Shown: positions 7,778 through 12,124 of the stretch, piece after piece
Position numbering within the stretch: the first letter of the stretch is position 1
How the letters are laid out: each line of letters begins with the position of its first letter
Virus record (IMG/VR): IMGVR_UViG_2695420576_000002
Location: 1-12,124 of that record
Source of the DNA: a virus
Taxonomy: Duplodnaviria > Heunggongvirae > Uroviricota > Caudoviricetes
DNA: 12,124 bases
Strand: one strand, 5' to 3'
The notes under the pieces: model-generated
Told to the model about the DNA's origin: nothing
Database searches by the model: none
What the model saw: the letters and a program-made list of their open reading frames with translations, nothing else
Translations under genes and position numbers: made by a program

Positions 7778-8074
7778 GATCCAGCAGGCCAGCCAGTAGA
7801 GGACGTTGGTTTGATAACCGAGAAACGGGCCAAAGCAGCGGCGGGCGTAAGCGTAAGAACCACCAGGACTTGGGTCGAGGAACGACATTTTGGCGTATAC
7901 CATCGAGAGCCCCAGCGCACCGATAATCGTCACCAACCATCCATAAATAGCAATCCCGCCAGTGGAGGCCAGGTTTGCAGGTAACAGAAAAACACCTGAC
8001 CCCATAATATTCCCCGACACCATCAGGGTGACGGGGATTAAGCCCACTTTGTGAGCATCAGCATCCGAAGACAT

Positions 8075-8210
8075 AATTAAACTCCTGCGAAGGCGAGCTT
8101 CGTGACAATAAATTACGTCATATCATACGCCTGCATTCGATAGTTGAATTATTATCGGCCGGGTTATCGCTGATGCCGTTATTAATATAGCTCTTCGTTA
8201 AGGTTAAAAA
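8075..8210 (-). promoter_or_regulatory. adiC upstream region (promoter and 5' UTR, with a small hairpin CGAAGCTCGCCTTCG just upstream of the RBS)
   Basis: Intergenic region between the adiY stop and adiC start. Assigned by position only; no -10/-35 elements were confidently identified. Confidence 0.3.
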
Positions 8211-8972
8211 TCAGGCGACAGTGCGTTCTCTGTGCTGACTAACATAATGCAGCGGCGTCATACCGTAGAAGTCTTTAAAGACAGAAATAAAGTACGACGT
8301 ACTGTTGTAGCCGCAGGACTGTGATACCTGAGAGATATTTTTACCGTCCATCATTAATTCATTTACGGCATAACGCATGCGGCAGGTGGTGATTATTTGG
8401 CTATAACTGGTGTTTTCGCTTTTCAGCTTTTTCTTTAACAGACTTGGGCTAAGACATAAACAACTGGCTACCATACTAAGATTCCAGTCTTTGTGGATAT
8501 CGCTTTCAATAATTTGATAAACGCTGTCACTTACACAATTACGTAACATATACATCATTAGTGAAAGGAATTTTTTACTGTCGAGAAAACGGGATAGCAC
8601 AGTGAATAATAATGCACGTGTTCGTTCCTTTTCTGACTCAGTTTCAGCGGGCATCATGCTATGCTGCGCGGCAACGCGAAAGACGTCTGGCGTCAGGCAT
8701 GGAAGGGTGAGGATGGGCGTAGCGCTACGTTGCCATACTGGTATTTGCGAGAGATCTTTATTCAGAAACCGGAGGTAATCTTTGATGATGTCGTGACTAA
8801 TATGAGCAACCAAAGTGTTATTAAGAGAGGAGACGTCGATAATATTATTTTCACAATTTAATAACGCCATGTGGTTAGCTTTAAGGCTAATAGGTTCTTT
8901 CCCATTCACCCTTATCCAGACATCTTTTTCAGTCAATAAAACAATACAAGGTTGGTCGCTGCAAATCCTCAT
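8211..8972 (-). CDS. adiY: AraC-family transcriptional regulator AdiY
   Basis: 253-aa translation matches E. coli AdiY as recalled. Conserved synteny adiC-adiY-adiA-melR. Confidence 0.9.
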   Translation of the reverse strand: MRICSDQPCIVLLTEKDVWIRVNGKEPISLKANHMALLNCENNIIDVSSLNNTLVAHISHDIIKDYLRFLNKDLSQIPVWQRSATPILTLPCLTPDVFRVAAQHSMMPAETESEKERTRALLFTVLSRFLDSKKFLSLMMYMLRNCVSDSVYQIIESDIHKDWNLSMVASCLCLSPSLLKKKLKSENTSYSQIITTCRMRYAVNELMMDGKNISQVSQSCGYNSTSYFISVFKDFYGMTPLHYVSQHRERTVA

Positions 8973-9163
8973 ACATGTACTCCTGAGTGCGAATAAAAGA
9001 CCAGTTCTCGCTAAAGCGAAGCGATACCGGGAAATGGTTATATAATTGTATGATGAATATAAACATGCATAAAAATAACGAGTTTTACTAATATTACAAA
9101 TTTTTATAGTAATTTCTCATGTACATATTTTTTTACAGGCTAAAAAAAGGATAAATAACAGGC
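8973..9163 (-). promoter_or_regulatory. AT-rich adiY upstream region (putative promoter)
   Basis: Strongly AT-rich stretch at about 9000-9160 between the adiA terminator and the adiY start. Assigned by position only. Confidence 0.3.
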
Positions 9164-9190
9164 AAAAAAAAGCGCGGGGTGGGACCGCGC
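9164..9190 (-). terminator. rho-independent terminator downstream of adiA
   Basis: On the - strand: 6-bp stem GCGCGG, 7-nt loop UCCCACC, stem CCGCGC, then U8. Lies about 120 bp downstream of the adiA stop. Confidence 0.6.
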
Positions 9191-9307
9191 AAAAAGCATG
9201 ACATTTTTTGTTTGCAGCAATTTTTATGAAAACGTTGCCATACTTAAAAGGCCTCAAGCCAGGCGGCGTAATGTTATTTAACAATTACGCCTTCAGCGGA
9301 ATAGTGG

Positions 9308-11578
9308 TTACGCTTTCACACACATAACGTGGTAAATACCGTCAATAATTTCTGTCCCTTCTGTTTCGTGTTCAAATCCAGGGAAATGATGGTCCCAGGA
9401 TTGCAGCGAGCGTAAATAACTTACTTGCGGACTGTTTTTATCGCCGAAGTTTTCACCAGACAGCAGCATCGGGATTCCTGGCGGATACGGGATAACTGAG
9501 TTTGCCGCGATACGTCCTGGCAGATTTTCAATGGATACCAGTTCGACATTGTTGTCGACAATCGCGTTGTACGCTTCACGCGGGGTGATTTCCGCCACCG
9601 GTAGGCCGGAATAGGCTTCATTCAACCGTGCGCCAGGGTTGTTTTCTTTCAGCCAGGCAAACATGGTGTCACCCAGATCGTGAATCCCCATGTTCGCGTA
9701 AGTGTCAGGATATTGTTCAACAAGTTCCGGCATCACCTGCGCCAGCGGTGTGTTGGCATCATAGTGGCGTTTGAAGGAGCAAAGGGTGTTAACCAGAGTC
9801 CCCCATTTCCCACGGGTCACGCCCATAGAGAACAGGAACATAATCTGGAAGTCAGTGGTACGGGTAGGCACAATGCCGTGGCGACCAAGCCAGGCTGTGA
9901 CCAGCGCCGCCGGAACACCGGTTTCTTCCAGTTCACCATCTTCACCCATTCCCGGAGCAAGGATGCTGACTTTAATCGGGTCGAGCATACTCCAGTTATC
10001 CGGAATATCTTTGAAGCCGTGCCAGCTTTCGCCCGGATGCATGACCCAGCAGTCCTGAACGGTGGTCAGCAGTTTGGTTGGTGCGTCAGCAAAGTCATAG
10101 GTTTTGCCGGTTTGTGGGTCGGTGACGACTTCTTTGTTCCACGGTTTGAAGAACCAGCTACCGTCAGCGGTGAACTCTTTATATAGCCGCGCCATCGCCT
10201 GACGGAAATCAACCGCTTCGTCGATCACTTCCTGGGTCAGTGACAGGCCGCTGTTGCCGTCCATCATCGACACCGCCACGTCGTTGGATGCGCAGATGGC
10301 ATACAGCGGGGAGGTGGTGGCATGCATCATGTAGGCCTGGTTGAAGCGGGAGAAGTTAATCGCCCCACGACCTTCACGTACATGAATATAAGAGGCCTGT
10401 GACAGCGCATTCAGCAGTTTGTGGGTGGAGTGGGTGGCGAAAACGGTAGGACCGTTGTGATCGCCAGGTTCGCCGCGCATGGCATAGTGATCGGCATAGA
10501 TCGGGTTGAAACGTGCATAGCCGTACCAGGCTTCGTCAAAGTGCAGACGATCGGAGGTTTTTTCCAGCAGATCCTGTGCTTCTTTAGCGTTATAACACAC
10601 GCCGTCATAGGTGCAGTTGGTCACCACGCAGTAAGACGGTTTTTGCCCGGCTTTGTCTTTGGTCAGCGGGCTTTCATTGATTTTCTTCTGCAAGGTTTCA
10701 GGTTGCATTTCCTGCGGATAGATTGGCCCGATAATGCCGTAGCGGTTGCGGCTTGGCACCATGTAGACCGGTTTCGCGCCTGTCAGCATCAAGCCTTGTT
10801 CGATGGATTTATGGCAGTTACGGTCAACGACCACTACATCGTTATCGGTCATGCAAGCCTGCATGATGGTGCGGTTAGAGCCGGAAGTACCGACGACTAC
10901 CGACCAGGAGCGATCGGCACCAAATACGCGTGCGGCATATCTTTCGCTTTCGCCAAATGCGCCAGTATGGTCAAGCAAAGAACCGAGGGAAGTGCGTTCG
11001 ATACCCATGTCGGTGCGGAACAGATTTTCACCATAATAGTCATGGTAGAAACGTCCGGCGGGTGTTTTGGTAAAACCAACGCCGCCCTGGTGGCCTGGCG
11101 CTGCCCAGGAATATTCATGGATGTCGCTATATTTCATCAGCGCGCTGAACAGTGGCGGCAATAGCTGCTGGCGGTAGCGGGTCATCGCGGCAACGGCGCG
11201 TCCGGCGATAAAGTCGGCGGTATCTTCCAGAATCCAGGCGAATTCATCGACAAGCTCCAGCAGATCCCGGTCCATTGCGGCGAGGGCTTTTTCCCGATCG
11301 CCCAACAGGAAGACCGGCACGTTTTGTTGGCGCTCATGAAGCTTACCGATCAATTGTCTGACGTTTTGATGTTCGTCCGGATGTTCCATTTGATAGCTGA
11401 ACATCAGGCAGTCAATGGCTTCGTTTGAAGAGAGAATGGCAAAACCATCATCAAAGGAGGTGGATTTAATCACGGTAACATTTTGCTGGCTTAAAGCATC
11501 TGCCAGACGCTCAACGGCGTTACCGACCCAGGTGTCTTGATGGAGAAACTCGCTTTCAACAATTAATACTTTCATCAT
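9308..11578 (-). CDS. adiA: biodegradative (acid-inducible) arginine decarboxylase AdiA
   Basis: Full-length translation matches E. coli AdiA as recalled (MKVLIVESEFLHQDTWVGNAVERLADAL... ending ...IDGIYHVMCVKA). The ORF has tandem ATG codons, so the true start may be 11575 rather than 11578. Confidence 0.93.
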   Translation of the reverse strand: MMKVLIVESEFLHQDTWVGNAVERLADALSQQNVTVIKSTSFDDGFAILSSNEAIDCLMFSYQMEHPDEHQNVRQLIGKLHERQQNVPVFLLGDREKALAAMDRDLLELVDEFAWILEDTADFIAGRAVAAMTRYRQQLLPPLFSALMKYSDIHEYSWAAPGHQGGVGFTKTPAGRFYHDYYGENLFRTDMGIERTSLGSLLDHTGAFGESERYAARVFGADRSWSVVVGTSGSNRTIMQACMTDNDVVVVDRNCHKSIEQGLMLTGAKPVYMVPSRNRYGIIGPIYPQEMQPETLQKKINESPLTKDKAGQKPSYCVVTNCTYDGVCYNAKEAQDLLEKTSDRLHFDEAWYGYARFNPIYADHYAMRGEPGDHNGPTVFATHSTHKLLNALSQASYIHVREGRGAINFSRFNQAYMMHATTSPLYAICASNDVAVSMMDGNSGLSLTQEVIDEAVDFRQAMARLYKEFTADGSWFFKPWNKEVVTDPQTGKTYDFADAPTKLLTTVQDCWVMHPGESWHGFKDIPDNWSMLDPIKVSILAPGMGEDGELEETGVPAALVTAWLGRHGIVPTRTTDFQIMFLFSMGVTRGKWGTLVNTLCSFKRHYDANTPLAQVMPELVEQYPDTYANMGIHDLGDTMFAWLKENNPGARLNEAYSGLPVAEITPREAYNAIVDNNVELVSIENLPGRIAANSVIPYPPGIPMLLSGENFGDKNSPQVSYLRSLQSWDHHFPGFEHETEGTEIIDGIYHVMCVKA

Positions 11579-11773
11579 TGCTTACCCGGTTATGAAGGAA
11601 TCTTCGTTGCGGGCAAGTATCTTCCGGCCTTTTCGGGCTGTAAAGCGCGTGAAAAACAAACATTTTTGAAATATTTATTTTTATAAACAATACGTTATGT
11701 GATTATTTTAAATTATTTTCACTGCTTATTATCGACGGCTAAACTATTTTTTTGGCTGATACTGATATCGTCT
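11579..11773 (-). promoter_or_regulatory. adiA upstream regulatory region (AT-rich, putative acid/anaerobiosis-inducible promoter)
   Basis: Intergenic region between the melR stop and adiA start, with a very AT-rich tract at about 11650-11760. Assigned by position; no specific sites identified. Confidence 0.35.
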
Positions 11774-12124
11774 TTAGCCGGGAAACGTCTGGCGGCGCTG
11801 TTGGCTAAGTTTGCGGTATTGTTGCGGCGACATGCCGACATATTTGCCGAACGTGCTGTAAAAACGGCTACTCGAACGAAAGCCTGCCGTCAGGGCAATA
11901 TCGAGAATACTTTTATCGGTATCGCTCAGTAACGCGCGAACGTGGTTGATGCGCATCGCGGTAATGTACTGTTTCATCGTCAATTGCATGACCCGCTGGA
12001 ATATCCCCATTGCATAGTTGGCGTTAAGTTTGACGTGCTCAGCCACATCGTTGATGGTCAGCGCCTGATCATAGTTTTCGGCAATAAAGCCCAGCATCTG
12101 GCTGTAATGCCGGATCAGTTAAGG
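11774..12124 (-). CDS. melR: melibiose operon regulator MelR (AraC family), 3' part; gene continues beyond the window end
   Basis: Translation ...HVKLNANYAMGIFQRVMQLTMKQYITAMRINHVRALLSDTDKSILDIALTAGFRSSSRFYSTFGKYVGMSPQQYRKLSQQRRQTFPG matches the MelR C-terminal HTH domain as recalled. Lies next to adiA as in E. coli K-12. The ORF-track M at 12097 is internal. Confidence 0.85.

Larger units (their letters stand above)
7512..8074 (-). pseudogene. adiC: arginine:agmatine antiporter AdiC, 5' fragment only (codons 1-168 of about 445), further disrupted by internal duplications
   Basis: The - strand translation matches the E. coli AdiC N-terminus as recalled ([40 protein letters not shown]...). 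It continues in a shifted frame to ...[11 protein letters not shown], then hits a stop where the native protein continues GWFWF. ATG at 8072-8074 with AGGAG upstream. Confidence 0.85.

Noticed and set aside
7688-8074. ORF-track 128-aa ORF treated as an intact small gene
   Set aside because: It is the N-terminal part of adiC read through an in-frame duplication until the frameshift stop, and is annotated as part of the adiC pseudogene instead.
10421-11164. 247-aa ORF on the + strand inside adiA
   Set aside because: Antisense to the full-length, well-supported adiA coding sequence, so almost certainly not a gene.

Overview
The window has two parts, with a junction at about 7511/7512. (1) Positions 1-7511, + strand: the early region of a Mu-like transposable prophage. 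It holds a 5'-truncated ORF, a DDE transposase (A-like), an AAA+ transposition ATPase (B-like), a small ORF, a Gam-like protein, seven small tightly packed accessory ORFs, a GemA/gp16-like protein and a Mor-like activator. The transposase is clearly not MuA itself. (2) Positions 7512-12124, - strand: the E. coli-type arginine-dependent acid-resistance locus, with adiC, adiY, adiA and the 3' part of melR. adiC is broken: its coding sequence stops after codon 168 at the junction, and it also carries a cluster of nested microduplications. No phage late genes, repressor or recognisable Mu end lie between mor and adiC, so the phage segment ends abnormally. No rRNA, tRNA or CRISPR array was seen. 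All identifications rest on reading the translations and on recalled family features and E. coli K-12 protein sequences; no database search was run.
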